Translations under genes and position numbers: made by a program
Notes under the pieces: model-generated
The model's database searches: none
What the model was told of the DNA's origin: nothing
What the model saw: the letters and a program-made list of their open reading frames with translations, nothing else
Part shown: positions 9,554-18,769 of the stretch, piece by piece
Layout of the letters: each line of letters starts with the position of its first letter
How positions within the stretch are numbered: position 1 is the stretch's first letter
DNA from: Candidatus Kapaibacterium sp.
GTDB lineage: Bacteria > Bacteroidota > Ignavibacteria > Kapaibacteriales > UBA2268
Reading direction: 5' to 3'
DNA length: 64,000 bases
NCBI GenBank assembly: GCA_963665665.1
Contig: OY762428.1
Coordinates: forward strand, 4,800,001-4,864,000

Positions 9554-10688
9554 TATGAATCTTTTTCAAATAGATAAAAAAGACCCGGACTCAAAAGCAA
9601 GAGCCGGATATTTATATACCGATCACGGGGTAATTCCTACGCCTGTGTTTATGCCTGTTGGTACTCAGGGAACAGTAAAAGCTATTGAGCAAAGGGAACT
9701 GGTTGATTATGGTGCAAAAATTATCCTTGGCAATACATATCATCTCTATCTGCGTCCGGGCGACAAAGTTGTGAACCACTTTGACGGCCTTCATAAATTT
9801 ATCAACTGGAAAGGAGCAATACTTACAGACAGTGGCGGATACCAGATATTTTCTCTTCAGGACCTGAGGAAACTGAAAGAGGAGGGAGCAGAATTCAAAT
9901 CTCATATCGACGGTTCAAAGCATTTTTTCTCTCCTGAAAATGTGGTTGATATTCAGCGTAATCTTGGTTCTGATATTATTATGGTACTTGACGAATGTAC
10001 ACCATACCCGGCGGAAAGAAAGCAGGCAAGGGATTCAATGGAATTGTCGCTCAGATGGGCAAAAAGGTCGAGGGTAGCTTTCGACAAAACCGATCCGCTA
10101 TACGGCCACAGGCAGTTTCAATTCGGGATAGGGCAGGGGAGCATGTATAAAGACCTGAGAAAAGAATATCTTGAAAGAATGATTGAAATTGATTTTGACG
10201 GGAATGCAATGGGGGGGCTTTCCGTTGGTGAACCAGCTGAAATGATGTACGAACTGGTTGACCTTAGTACGGATATTTTGCCGGAAGATAAGCCAAGATA
10301 CCTTATGGGAGTTGGTACTCCGGAAAATATCCTGACCTGTATCGAAATGGGTGTTGATATGTTTGATTGTGTATTACCCACGAGGAATGCCCGTAACGGA
10401 CAGATATTTACCAGCAGGGGAAAGATAAATATCAGGAATGCTCAGTATAAATTATCGGATGAACTTATCGACGAGAATGTGGATTCCTATGCCGGTAAGA
10501 ATTTCACGCTGGGTTACCTGAGGCATCTATTCATTGCTAACGAAATATTGGGGCTGCAACTGGCATCACAGCAGAATATTGCTTTTTATCTATGGCTTGC
10601 GCGAACAGCAAGGGAGAAAATTATTGATGGTTGTTATTCAGATTGGAAAAAAGAGATATTAGAGAAACTATCCGGCGGGAATAATTGA
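9546..10688 (+). CDS. tgt: Queuine tRNA-ribosyltransferase
   Basis: TPVFMPVGT, NTYHL, TDSGGYQ, GGLSVGE and DMFDCVLPTRNARNG motifs. Confidence 0.97.
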   Translation: MCDMNLFQIDKKDPDSKARAGYLYTDHGVIPTPVFMPVGTQGTVKAIEQRELVDYGAKIILGNTYHLYLRPGDKVVNHFDGLHKFINWKGAILTDSGGYQIFSLQDLRKLKEEGAEFKSHIDGSKHFFSPENVVDIQRNLGSDIIMVLDECTPYPAERKQARDSMELSLRWAKRSRVAFDKTDPLYGHRQFQFGIGQGSMYKDLRKEYLERMIEIDFDGNAMGGLSVGEPAEMMYELVDLSTDILPEDKPRYLMGVGTPENILTCIEMGVDMFDCVLPTRNARNGQIFTSRGKINIRNAQYKLSDELIDENVDSYAGKNFTLGYLRHLFIANEILGLQLASQQNIAFYLWLARTAREKIIDGCYSDWKKEILEKLSGGNN

Positions 10689-10872
10689 TTCAGGCCACAT
10701 GGTTAACCCTGTGGTTATCTTCGACTCTCAATAACAGTTTCTGAAAATTTTCACAAAGACTGATGAATTAGCAAATATTTCAATTTTGCTGTTATCAAAT
10801 CGAAAATTAATTCTTATATTTGAAATCTATAATTGAATATTTTGTTTAATGATATATAATATCGGAGAGAAA

Positions 10873-11187
10873 ATGTTTGACATTTTATCAACAATGCTTT
10901 TAATGGGAGCTCCTCAGGAAGGCGCTGGCGGCGGTAGTATGATTTCAATGCTTATCATGTTTGGCGGCGTAATACTTGTAATGTATTTCTTAATGATCAG
11001 GCCCCAGCAGAAAAGGCAGAAAGAACACCAGAAAATGCTGGAAGGCGTGAAAAAAGGCGACAAGGTAGTTACTACTGCCGGCATTCATGGCACTGTAACA
11101 GAAGTTAGCGAAAAAACTTTCGTTCTTCAGATGGCTGATAACGTGAAAGTTACTTTCGAGAAAAGCGCTATCGCATCAAAAAATTAA
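10873..11187 (+). CDS. yajC: Preprotein translocase subunit YajC
   Basis: YFLMIRPQQKRQKEH...KKGDKVVTTAGIHG. Start moved to the ATG after a GGAG RBS; follows tgt. Confidence 0.95.
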   Translation: MFDILSTMLLMGAPQEGAGGGSMISMLIMFGGVILVMYFLMIRPQQKRQKEHQKMLEGVKKGDKVVTTAGIHGTVTEVSEKTFVLQMADNVKVTFEKSAIASKN

Positions 11188-11213
11188 TTTTATAATTTTT
11201 CTCGGCAAAAAAG

Positions 11214-12410
11214 ATGAATACAATAGATGAAGCCCTGCGCGATCTGGTATCGGGCAAAATGGTTATCGTTATGGACGATGAAGACAGGGAAAATGAAGGC
11301 GACCTTATTGCGGCTGCCGAGCTTTGCACACCGGAAACAATTAATTTTATGTCAACAAATGCTAAGGGGCTTATCTGCTTATCGATAACTCCCGAAAGAG
11401 CCGAGGAGCTAAAGCTTCATCGTATGGTTGAAGACAGTTCCGCTCCGCATGGCACTAATTTTACTGTTTCGGTTGATTACCTGCACGGAACAACTACCGG
11501 TATTTCTGCAGCTGACCGTGCCGCTACTGTTAGAGCAATAGCAAACAAGGACACCAAACCAGAAGATTTGGCAAGGCCGGGGCATATTTTTCCGCTTATT
11601 GCCGTAAAAGAAGGTGTACTAAGGCGTGCCGGACATACCGAAGCTGGTGTGGACCTGATGAGGCTTGCCGGGCTGAAACCCATGGGCGTGATTTGCGAGA
11701 TTATCAACGAAGACGGCACTATGGCAAGAAAGCCGCAACTTGAGGAATTTGCCAAAAATCATGACATGAAAATTATTACCGTTAAAGATCTTATAGCATA
11801 CAGGCTTAAAAAGGACGGTAACGTAAGGCAGGTGGCCGAAGCACAACTTCCGAGCGAATACGGAGAGTTTACATTGAAGGTATTTGCTAATGTGGTTGAT
11901 AATAAAGAGCATGTTGCCCTTGTTAAAGGACGTTGGAATAGTGATGAACCCATTATGGTTCGTGTTCATTCAGAATGCCTGACCGGAGATGTTTTTGCCT
12001 CGAGGCGTTGTGATTGCGGCGACCAGCTTCACAATGCTATGCAAATGATCGATAAAGCAGGCAAAGGCGTGCTTCTTTATATGAGGCAGGAAGGCCGCGG
12101 AATCGGGCTGATAAACAAAGTCCGTGCTTATGCTCTTCAGGAAGAAGGTTTGGATACTGTTGAAGCAAATGAAAAGTTAGGATTTTCACCTGATCCGAGG
12201 GATTATGGTATTGGTGCTCAGATACTTGCTAATCTTGGTGTGAAAAAAATGCACCTGATAACTAACAATCCAACTAAAAGAGTTGGCTTGCAGAGCTACG
12301 GTTTGGAAGTTGTTGACCTTGTTCCGATAGAGATTGAACCAAATGAAGTGAACGAGGAATACCTCAGAACCAAAAAAAATAAGATGGGGCATTTGCTTCA
12401 TCATTTGTAA
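11214..12410 (+). CDS. ribBA: Bifunctional DHBP synthase / GTP cyclohydrolase II
   Basis: [39 protein letters not shown] and QEGRGIGL motifs. Confidence 0.97.
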   Translation: MNTIDEALRDLVSGKMVIVMDDEDRENEGDLIAAAELCTPETINFMSTNAKGLICLSITPERAEELKLHRMVEDSSAPHGTNFTVSVDYLHGTTTGISAADRAATVRAIANKDTKPEDLARPGHIFPLIAVKEGVLRRAGHTEAGVDLMRLAGLKPMGVICEIINEDGTMARKPQLEEFAKNHDMKIITVKDLIAYRLKKDGNVRQVAEAQLPSEYGEFTLKVFANVVDNKEHVALVKGRWNSDEPIMVRVHSECLTGDVFASRRCDCGDQLHNAMQMIDKAGKGVLLYMRQEGRGIGLINKVRAYALQEEGLDTVEANEKLGFSPDPRDYGIGAQILANLGVKKMHLITNNPTKRVGLQSYGLEVVDLVPIEIEPNEVNEEYLRTKKNKMGHLLHHL

Positions 12411-12453
12411 TGATAAATATTTTTATTATATTATAATTAGAAATTATTGAATT

Positions 12454-12502
12454 AGCCCGCTTCATTGTAACAAAAGGCTCTTTGTTACAAGGGCTTTTTT
12501 TT
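12454..12502 (+). terminator. Intrinsic terminator/attenuator between ribBA and greA
   Basis: AGCCC..TTGTAACAAA-loop-TTTGTTACAA-GGGCT followed by a T tract. Confidence 0.7.
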
Positions 12503-12532
12503 ATTTGGGTTAAGTTAATTAACGGAGTTATT

Positions 12533-13006
12533 ATGGCTGAAATTGTTTATATGACGAAAGAAAGAGCTAAAGAAATTGAGGATGAGCTTTATTACCTTAA
12601 AACTAAAGAAAGAAGGGTAATCGCTCAGAAAATTGCTGATGCACGTTCTCATGGAGATCTTTCTGAAAATGCAGATTATGATGCTGCAAAGGACGAACAG
12701 GGCCTTTTGGAATTAAAAATTTCCAAGCTTGAAAAAATTCTGGCTAATGCCCAGATTATCAGGCCCGATGAGTTTCCCGACGATAAAGTTTATATTCTGA
12801 CAAAAGTAAAGATTAAAAATAGAAAAACAGGCCACGTTATTGATTATCAAATGGTTGGCCAGGAGGAATCAGATTTTGAACAAAATAAAATCTCGGTAAC
12901 TTCACCTTTGGGCAAAGCCCTGATGGGTAAAAAAGTCGGGGAAATTGCTGAAATGACCGTGCCTGCCGGAAAAATGGAATTTGAAATTCTTGACATTTCA
13001 AAATAA
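12533..13006 (+). CDS. greA: Transcription elongation factor GreA
   Basis: HGDLSENADYDAAK and ISVTSPLGKALMGK. Start at the ATG after a GGAG RBS. Confidence 0.97.
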   Translation: MAEIVYMTKERAKEIEDELYYLKTKERRVIAQKIADARSHGDLSENADYDAAKDEQGLLELKISKLEKILANAQIIRPDEFPDDKVYILTKVKIKNRKTGHVIDYQMVGQEESDFEQNKISVTSPLGKALMGKKVGEIAEMTVPAGKMEFEILDISK

Positions 13007-13010
13007 TTTT

Positions 13011-13042
13011 AAAAAAAGCGGATTTTATTCCGCTTTTTTTTT
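13011..13042 (+). terminator. Intrinsic (bidirectional-type) terminator after greA
   Basis: AAAAAAAGCGGA-loop-TCCGCTTTTTTTTT. Confidence 0.8.
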
Positions 13043-13068
13043 AAACCTCCCGCTAATTGCTGTGTCTA
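13042..13068 (+). promoter_or_regulatory. Putative autoregulatory ECF sigma promoter
   Basis: TAAACC ... TGTCTA, with AAC and GTC 17 nt apart, just upstream of the ECF sigma gene. Confidence 0.35.
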
Positions 13069-13096
13069 TATAACAAGGACAATTTAAGGGAGTATC

Positions 13097-13663
13097 GTGA
13101 TGAATACGATGGCATATACTGTTAAAGAAGATTTGGAAATAGTAAAAAGAATAGTTGAATCGGGCAGCCGAAAAGCAGCTAACGAATTTGTTCGCAATTA
13201 CAGGACTTTTGTATATTCTACTGCTATGCGCTACCTGAAAAATGACGAGGATGCTGAAGATGCAGCACAGGAAATATTTATTAAAGCTTTGAATAACCTG
13301 AAGGGTTTCAAGGGAAATTCCAATATAAAAACATGGCTGTACAGGATAACAGCAAACCATTGTTCCAATGTTTTAAGAAAAAGAAAAATAATGTCGATAT
13401 TCACAAGAATGGACAGGGATGATTTTCCCGAAGTTAAATCAAATGCTCCAGGGCCGGATACACAATATGAGGGAAAAGAATTAAGGCAAAGATTTCTAAC
13501 TGCTTTAGAGAAGCTGCCAAAAAAACAAAGAGAAACTTTTGCACTGAGATACTTTGATGAATTGAGCTATGATGAAATTTCAGCTATGCTGGGTACAAGC
13601 ATTGGCGGGTTAAAAGCAAATTATTACCAGGCAGTAAAAAAACTTTCCGTTTACTTGAAATAG
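13097..13663 (+). CDS. ECF RNA polymerase sigma factor
   Basis: DAEDAAQEIFIK, KTWLYRITAN and LP..QRETFALRYFDELSYDEIS (sigma2 and sigma4 regions). Confidence 0.93.
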   Translation: MMNTMAYTVKEDLEIVKRIVESGSRKAANEFVRNYRTFVYSTAMRYLKNDEDAEDAAQEIFIKALNNLKGFKGNSNIKTWLYRITANHCSNVLRKRKIMSIFTRMDRDDFPEVKSNAPGPDTQYEGKELRQRFLTALEKLPKKQRETFALRYFDELSYDEISAMLGTSIGGLKANYYQAVKKLSVYLK

Positions 13664-13678
13664 ATTGCAGGTGCTAAA

Positions 13679-14395
13679 ATGAATATGCAACAGGATAAAA
13701 TATATAAAAAAATGCAGGAAAATCTTCCGGATTATGTTTTCGGAAGATTAACAGATTCTGATAAGCTTTGGTTCGAAGAAAACCTTTCTGATTTTCCTGA
13801 TATCCAGGAAGAAATCAAACAGGTTAAAGCGGTATTCAACAGGATTGAAAAAATTGATTTTCGTTCTGATATCGAACATAAAACCCGTAACCTGTCAGTT
13901 AAAGTAATGGATAGAATGGATGCTACATACCTGGATAAAAAATATGGAGGTTTCAAAAAAAGAGTTTTGTATCCGGCGGTATCACTTGCTGTTTTGATGA
14001 TAGTAACTTATTACTCTGTTTTTTATAATCCCGTTTTTATCGACGACGGCAATACTGAAATTGCCTTTTCAACACAGCCGATAGTTACTTTCAACGAAAT
14101 GGAAGTAGAAAAGATTACCGGCGAAGCAGAACCTGCAGAAATAAATATTAATAATAGTTTAGCTCAGGAAACGATTCCCACTGTGGTTGAAATTGAAGAA
14201 TCAACTGAAGAAACCGACGAAATATATGAAGATTTTTTACTTGATAGTTTAAAAGATTTATTTATCACAGAAAATACCGTTCTTCCGGAAGAAACACTGG
14301 CCTATAATAGCATTCCGGAAGTGCTCGAAGATATGAATGAAGACGATTTTCAGGATTTACTTGAGGTTATGAGCAATGCAAATTTCAAATTTTAA
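13679..14395 (+). CDS. Putative membrane anti-sigma factor
   Basis: N-terminal ASD-like segment (LPDYVFGRL), single TM and acidic C-terminal part, directly after the ECF sigma. Confidence 0.65.
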   Translation: MNMQQDKIYKKMQENLPDYVFGRLTDSDKLWFEENLSDFPDIQEEIKQVKAVFNRIEKIDFRSDIEHKTRNLSVKVMDRMDATYLDKKYGGFKKRVLYPAVSLAVLMIVTYYSVFYNPVFIDDGNTEIAFSTQPIVTFNEMEVEKITGEAEPAEININNSLAQETIPTVVEIEESTEETDEIYEDFLLDSLKDLFITENTVLPEETLAYNSIPEVLEDMNEDDFQDLLEVMSNANFKF

Positions 14396-14933
14396 AACAA
14401 TTGCCTCTGTGCTGACTTTATTTTTTGCATTGATTGCGATGCCGGTTAATGCACAGCAGGCCAAGAAAGCATTCGAAAGAATGAACACGATTAAAAAGGT
14501 TAAGCTGTTGGAATTACTTGATCTGGATGAACAGAAATCAGATAAGTTTCTGCTCCTTTTCAACAAATACGAGAAAGAATTTCATGCCCTGAAAGAAAAA
14601 ATGGACTTGGTAATGGCCGAGATGAAATTACTTGTTAAGTCCGATGGTAATAATGCTAAGATTAATGAAAAAATTACTGAAATGTTTAATCTTAGAGAGA
14701 AATTCATGGTAATGCAAAAAGAAAAAGACGATAAAGTCAGAAAGATACTGGATGATAAACAATTTGCCAGATATCTTATCTTTGAGCATGAATTTGTGCA
14801 TGAATTAAGAAGGCAAATGTTTGAGATCCATAAAAGGAAAAGGGGAGACAGGGACAGAAGAAACAAAAACAGGGACGATATGCCCCCGCCACCCCCGGGC
14901 GATGAACTCTTAAATAATCAGGAAACTGATTAG
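14376..14933 (+). CDS. Periplasmic Spy/CpxP-like helical protein
   Basis: Signal peptide (VNA-QQ), LDLDEQK...ILDDKQFARY repeats and a PPPPP tail; third gene of the ECF trio. Confidence 0.6.
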   Translation: MQISNFKTIASVLTLFFALIAMPVNAQQAKKAFERMNTIKKVKLLELLDLDEQKSDKFLLLFNKYEKEFHALKEKMDLVMAEMKLLVKSDGNNAKINEKITEMFNLREKFMVMQKEKDDKVRKILDDKQFARYLIFEHEFVHELRRQMFEIHKRKRGDRDRRNKNRDDMPPPPPGDELLNNQETD

Positions 14934-15017
14934 AAAAGAATCTGATTGTTTTTGCTATTGGGAATAAATATTGAATTTTTCCGAATATTGTTCCCAACCA
15001 TTTAATCTCTATGGGAC

Positions 15018-15046
15018 AAAACCCCGAAGCTTACTTCGGGGTTATT
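15018..15046. repeat. GC-rich palindrome (REP-like or terminator)
   Basis: AACCCCGAAG-CTTA-CTTCGGGGTT. Confidence 0.6.
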
Positions 15047-15306
15047 CATTTAAAGAGATATCAATTATTATGGATAAATTTGTGATAATTGCAGTTTCCT
15101 GCTATGAAATATTAAAATTTATTATTATTTTAATTAAAAATAGATTTCTATTGAAGATTATAAATTCCGAAATTATTGAAAATCAATCAGGATTTTTTAA
15201 AACTAACATGCAGGCTTAGTCAATAATATTAATTAATCATTTATATAAAGGCAATCATAATATAGCTTTCGATAAACTACAAATTTCTAACTTAACAGGT
15301 TTGATT

Positions 15307-16857
15307 ATGAAAAAAATTGTCCTTTTTATGATTTCAATCATAACACTTAGTTCTTATTCTTTCAGCCAGCCAACCTACGATTGGCATACATTTTACGGCT
15401 CAGCCTTTAGCGGAGCTGTAGGAACAGACCGTTCCTATGCGGTAACTTATGATAACAGCGGAAATATTTACCTGACTGGTATGAGCGAGAGTACATGGAC
15501 CGGTCCTGCCGCCCAGGCTCCACTTCATGCACATTCAGGTATTACCAACGTATTTATACTGAAATTGAATAGCAGCGGCGCTTACCAATGGCATACTTTC
15601 TTCGGTGGTTCATCCGATTGTTACGGTTTTGATATGACTTCCGATGCTTCGGGGAATTTATATATTACCGGTTTTTCGGAGGATACATGGAATGGCCCTG
15701 CTCCTGCATCACAGGCACCTATTAACGCCTACAGCGGTTCGGGCAAAGATGGTTTTGCTTTGAAACTTAATTCATCGGGCGCTTACCAGTGGCACACTTT
15801 TTTTGGTGCTACAGGCGCTGACGACGAAGCAAGCGGAATTATACTTGACGGTAGTGATAATGTTTATGTTACCGGATTTAGTGAAGGCAGCTGGAATGTT
15901 GGAGCATCATCTCCATTGAATGGCTATTCCGGCAACAAGGATGTTTTTGTAATAAAATTGAACAGCAGCGGTGCATACCAGTGGCACAGTTTCTATGGTT
16001 CCGCTGATGATGACGACGCCTTTAATATAGCATGTGATTCTGATGATAATGTCTGCATAGGCGGTAGAAGTACATCAACATGGAACGGCCCGGGAAGTAC
16101 TTCCCCTATCCATGCACACGCCGGTGGCGGAAACAGAGACCTTCTGATTATGCAGTTGAACAGCAGCGGTACTTATCAGTGGCATACATTTTACGGTTCA
16201 AGCAGCGCAAACGAAGAAATTCGCGGCATCAATGTTGACGGGAATAATAATATTGTTGCATGTGGTAACGGCTCGGCTACATGGCAGGGCGATGGTGCGA
16301 CAGATCCACTCCATGCTTTTTCGGGTTCTGCCGATTATATTGTAATGAAATTAAATTCTTCGGGCGCATACCAGTGGCATACTTTCTATGGTTCCGCTTC
16401 AGCTAATGACTACCCGAATGACCTTGCAGTTGATACCAATAATGAAATATATGTTGCCGGAAGAAGCTATGCATCATGGCAGGGCGACGGCGCTACCGAC
16501 CCTCTTCACGCTTTTTCAGGCTACAGGGATATTTCTTTTATGAAGCTTTCCGCTGCAGGTGCATACCAGTGGCATAGTTTCTATGGTTCAACGGGTGACG
16601 ACAGGGGGCAGGATATTGTTCTGAACGGTACATCGTTGTATCTTACAGGCCGGGCTTCAGCTTCATTTGATGGCGACGACGGATCAGACACTCCGCTCCA
16701 TGCATTCCAGGGCGGCCCCGGCGACGCATGGGTTATGGCCTTTACTGTTCCGATTGTTTCAACAGCTATTCCAACACTTTCAGAATGGGCTGCATACAGT
16801 TTATTCGGCCTGCTGATGTTAGTCGGTGGTTTCTTTATCTGGAAAAAGTTGTTCTGA
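15307..16857 (+). CDS. Secreted 7-repeat beta-propeller (SBBP-like) protein with IPTL-CTERM sorting signal
   Basis: Signal peptide; seven (KLNSSGA)YQWH(T/S)F(Y/F)G repeats; C-terminal IPTLSEW + TM + KK. Confidence 0.85.
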   Translation: MKKIVLFMISIITLSSYSFSQPTYDWHTFYGSAFSGAVGTDRSYAVTYDNSGNIYLTGMSESTWTGPAAQAPLHAHSGITNVFILKLNSSGAYQWHTFFGGSSDCYGFDMTSDASGNLYITGFSEDTWNGPAPASQAPINAYSGSGKDGFALKLNSSGAYQWHTFFGATGADDEASGIILDGSDNVYVTGFSEGSWNVGASSPLNGYSGNKDVFVIKLNSSGAYQWHSFYGSADDDDAFNIACDSDDNVCIGGRSTSTWNGPGSTSPIHAHAGGGNRDLLIMQLNSSGTYQWHTFYGSSSANEEIRGINVDGNNNIVACGNGSATWQGDGATDPLHAFSGSADYIVMKLNSSGAYQWHTFYGSASANDYPNDLAVDTNNEIYVAGRSYASWQGDGATDPLHAFSGYRDISFMKLSAAGAYQWHSFYGSTGDDRGQDIVLNGTSLYLTGRASASFDGDDGSDTPLHAFQGGPGDAWVMAFTVPIVSTAIPTLSEWAAYSLFGLLMLVGGFFIWKKLF

Positions 16858-16882
16858 TACACAAATAATTATTAAGCATAAT

Positions 16883-16910
16883 AAGCAGCTCTTTCGGGCT
16901 GCTTTTTTTT
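16883..16910 (+). terminator. Intrinsic terminator
   Basis: AAGCAGCTC-TTTC-GGGCTGCTTTTTTTT. Confidence 0.85.
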
Positions 16911-16981
16911 ATGTTCGATACTTCGGAAATCAGAATTCATGAAAATTCAGACTTCGTGGTTTTGATTATCCCAATACATTT

Positions 16982-17013
16982 CCCTGGCAGGTGTGCCCGA
17001 AGGGCGGGGGTGG
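16982..17013. repeat. REP-like element, family B (left copy)
   Basis: CCCTGGCAGGTGTGCCCGAAGGGCGGGGGTGG, similar to 18697-18727. Confidence 0.6.
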
Positions 17014-17087
17014 TTTCATTTTCTTAGTCTCCCTTATCCACGAGCTAAAGCACGTGGCTATTGAATTTTGCGATGCTCTGGATGGAT

Positions 17088-17180
17088 TGTCATACTGAGC
17101 GGAGCGAAGTATCCATTCTTATTACATTATCTAACTAAAGAAGATGGATTCTTCGGTCGCTTCGCTTTCTCAGAATGACA
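17088..17180. repeat. Long stem-loop palindromic element, family A
   Basis: TGTCATACTGAGCGGAGCGAAGTATCCAT ... ATGGATTCTTCGGTCGCTTCGCTTTCTCAGAATGACA. The right arm recurs at 18638-18682. Confidence 0.75.
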
Positions 17181-17406
17181 ACATAATACCTCCTTCTCTG
17201 GCCCTCTCCCTCCGTTTTTCCACCCCAATGAACAGGACGTCGGCCTTAATTCCCCATCCTGTGGTTTCAATGAATCGGATAATTTCCTTATTTCAACGCT
17301 GTTTTGAACCAGAATCCTGATGTTTGGGCTAATTGATTGGATTGCAGGGCTTTAAACTGCCTTGGCCGGAGTTATTGAACTACTGTTTGGCCTTATTGTA
17401 GTGAAA

Positions 17407-17540
17407 TTTGGCCTCATCCCACGCTTGTTTGGCTTCATCCCACGCTTGTTTGACTTCATCCCACGCTTGTTTGGCTTCATCCCACGCTTGTTTGGCTTCA
17501 TCCCACGCTTGTTTGACCTCATCCCACGCTTGTTTGACCT
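17407..17540. repeat. 21-nt tandem repeat array 1 (6 copies + partial)
   Basis: Unit TTTG(G/A)C(C/T)TCATCCCACGCTTG. Confidence 0.95.
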
Positions 17541-17557
17541 TATTGAACATGTTCTTT

Positions 17558-17725
17558 GCCTCCGACCAAGAGTTCAATGCCTTCAACCAAGGCGTCAATA
17601 CCTTCAACCAAGGCATCAATACCTTCAACCAAGGCATCAATACCTTCAACCAAGGCATCAATGCCTTCGACCAAGGCGTCAATGACTCCGACCAAGGCAT
17701 CAATGACTCCGACCAATGCATCAAT
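17558..17725. repeat. 21-nt tandem repeat array 2 (8 copies)
   Basis: Unit ACCTTCAACCAAGGCATCAAT / GACTCCGACCAAGGCATCAAT. Confidence 0.92.
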
Positions 17726-17752
17726 GGAATCAACCATTGGTGCATCGGCTTC

Positions 17753-18011
17753 GACCCCTCCCAAACCCTCCCCGAAGGGGAGGGCTTTGAAGAAGAACAG
17801 AGCGGCTTTGGCGTCAATGTCTCCGACCAAGGCGGAAATAAAGCCAAACATTGCTGCAATAGCTTCAACCAAGAGTTCATTATCTTCAAACATCGGTGCA
17901 TCGATTTGGAACAATGCGACAATAAAGCAAAACATTGCTGCAATAGGTGCAAACAAGACCTCAATACCTCTGACCCCTCCCAAACCCTCCCCGAAGGAGA
18001 GGGCTTTGAAG
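17753..18011. repeat. Two direct copies of a REP-like hairpin (at 17753 and 17972) among degenerate 21-nt units
   Basis: GACCCCTCCCAAACCCTCCCCGAAGG(G/A)GAGGGCTTTGAAG, 219 bp apart. Confidence 0.85.
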
Positions 18012-18097
18012 TAAAACAGGGCGGCTTTGGCGTCAAACAAGGCATCAATGACTCCGACCAAGGCGCCAATATCATCAAACATTGGTGCTTTGCCTCT

Positions 18098-18206
18098 GAC
18101 CCTCCTTACCTCCTCCCAGCCCCCTCCTTCGGAAGGAGGGGGAGTTAATTCTATGATATTTAAATTCTTATCCCCTCCTCAGGGAGGAGGGGATTATAGG
18201 GGAGGT
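18098..18206. repeat. Pair of REP-like GC hairpins
   Basis: CCCCCTCCTTCGGAAGGAGGGGG and TCCCCTCCTCAGGGAGGAGGGGA. Confidence 0.75.
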
Positions 18207-18217
18207 TTTCTTTCTTT

Positions 18218-18406
18218 GATTTGGACCAAGGCGTCAATAACTTCAACCAAGGCAGCAATGACTCCGAACAAGGCATCAATGACTCCGACCAAGGCAGCAA
18301 TGACTCCGAACAAGGCATCAATGACTCCGACCAAGGTGTCAATGACTCCGAACAAGGCATCAATAACTTCGACCAAGGCATCAATGACTCCGACCAAGGC
18401 GCCAAT
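18218..18406. repeat. 21-nt tandem repeat array 3 (9 copies, same family as array 2)
   Basis: Unit GACTCCGA(A/C)CAAGGCATCAAT. Confidence 0.92.
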
Positions 18407-18637
18407 ATCATCAAACATTGGTGTTTTTTCTCCGGCAATGGCGCTATGTATGCTTGTTATTCCAAAAATATTCTTGCCCGTTGATTTATTGTTCCCGTTT
18501 GTGGATTTTTGATGTTAATGTCTGTTTGTATTTTTTTCGCTGCTCTTCTTATCTGATCACTGGAAATAATACTCGGTATTAAATGGAATTAAAATGGCAT
18601 TGATGAACAACGAGTAATTCTTAAAACACTATCTGCA

Positions 18638-18727
18638 AAAGAAGATGGATTCTTCCATCGCAAGCTCCGTCAGAATGACAACTTTACCTGTCCCCCGCTG
18701 GCGGGGGTGTCCGAAGGACGGGGGTGG
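18638..18727. repeat. Right-end palindromic elements (family A half + family B)
   Basis: AAAGAAGATGGATTCTTCC...TCAGAATGACAAC, then CCCCCGCTGGCGGGGGTGTCCGAAGGACGGGGGTGG. Confidence 0.7.
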
Positions 18728-18769
18728 ATTCCCAAATAATTCCCCGGTGTATAAAATGTAATTAAGCAC

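Noticed and set aside
14971-15219. 82-aa ORF
   Set aside because: AT-rich intergenic sequence with a TTG start, spanning a palindrome, and no protein-like motif
17407-18406. CRISPR array
   Set aside because: The units are head-to-tail 21-mers with no unique spacers, and there are no cas genes in the window
17362-18512. Calling any of the overlapping repeat-region ORFs a confident CDS
   Set aside because: Stop-free 21-nt repeats open several frames by default, and there is no convincing start/RBS or recognisable domain. Kept as a finding only.
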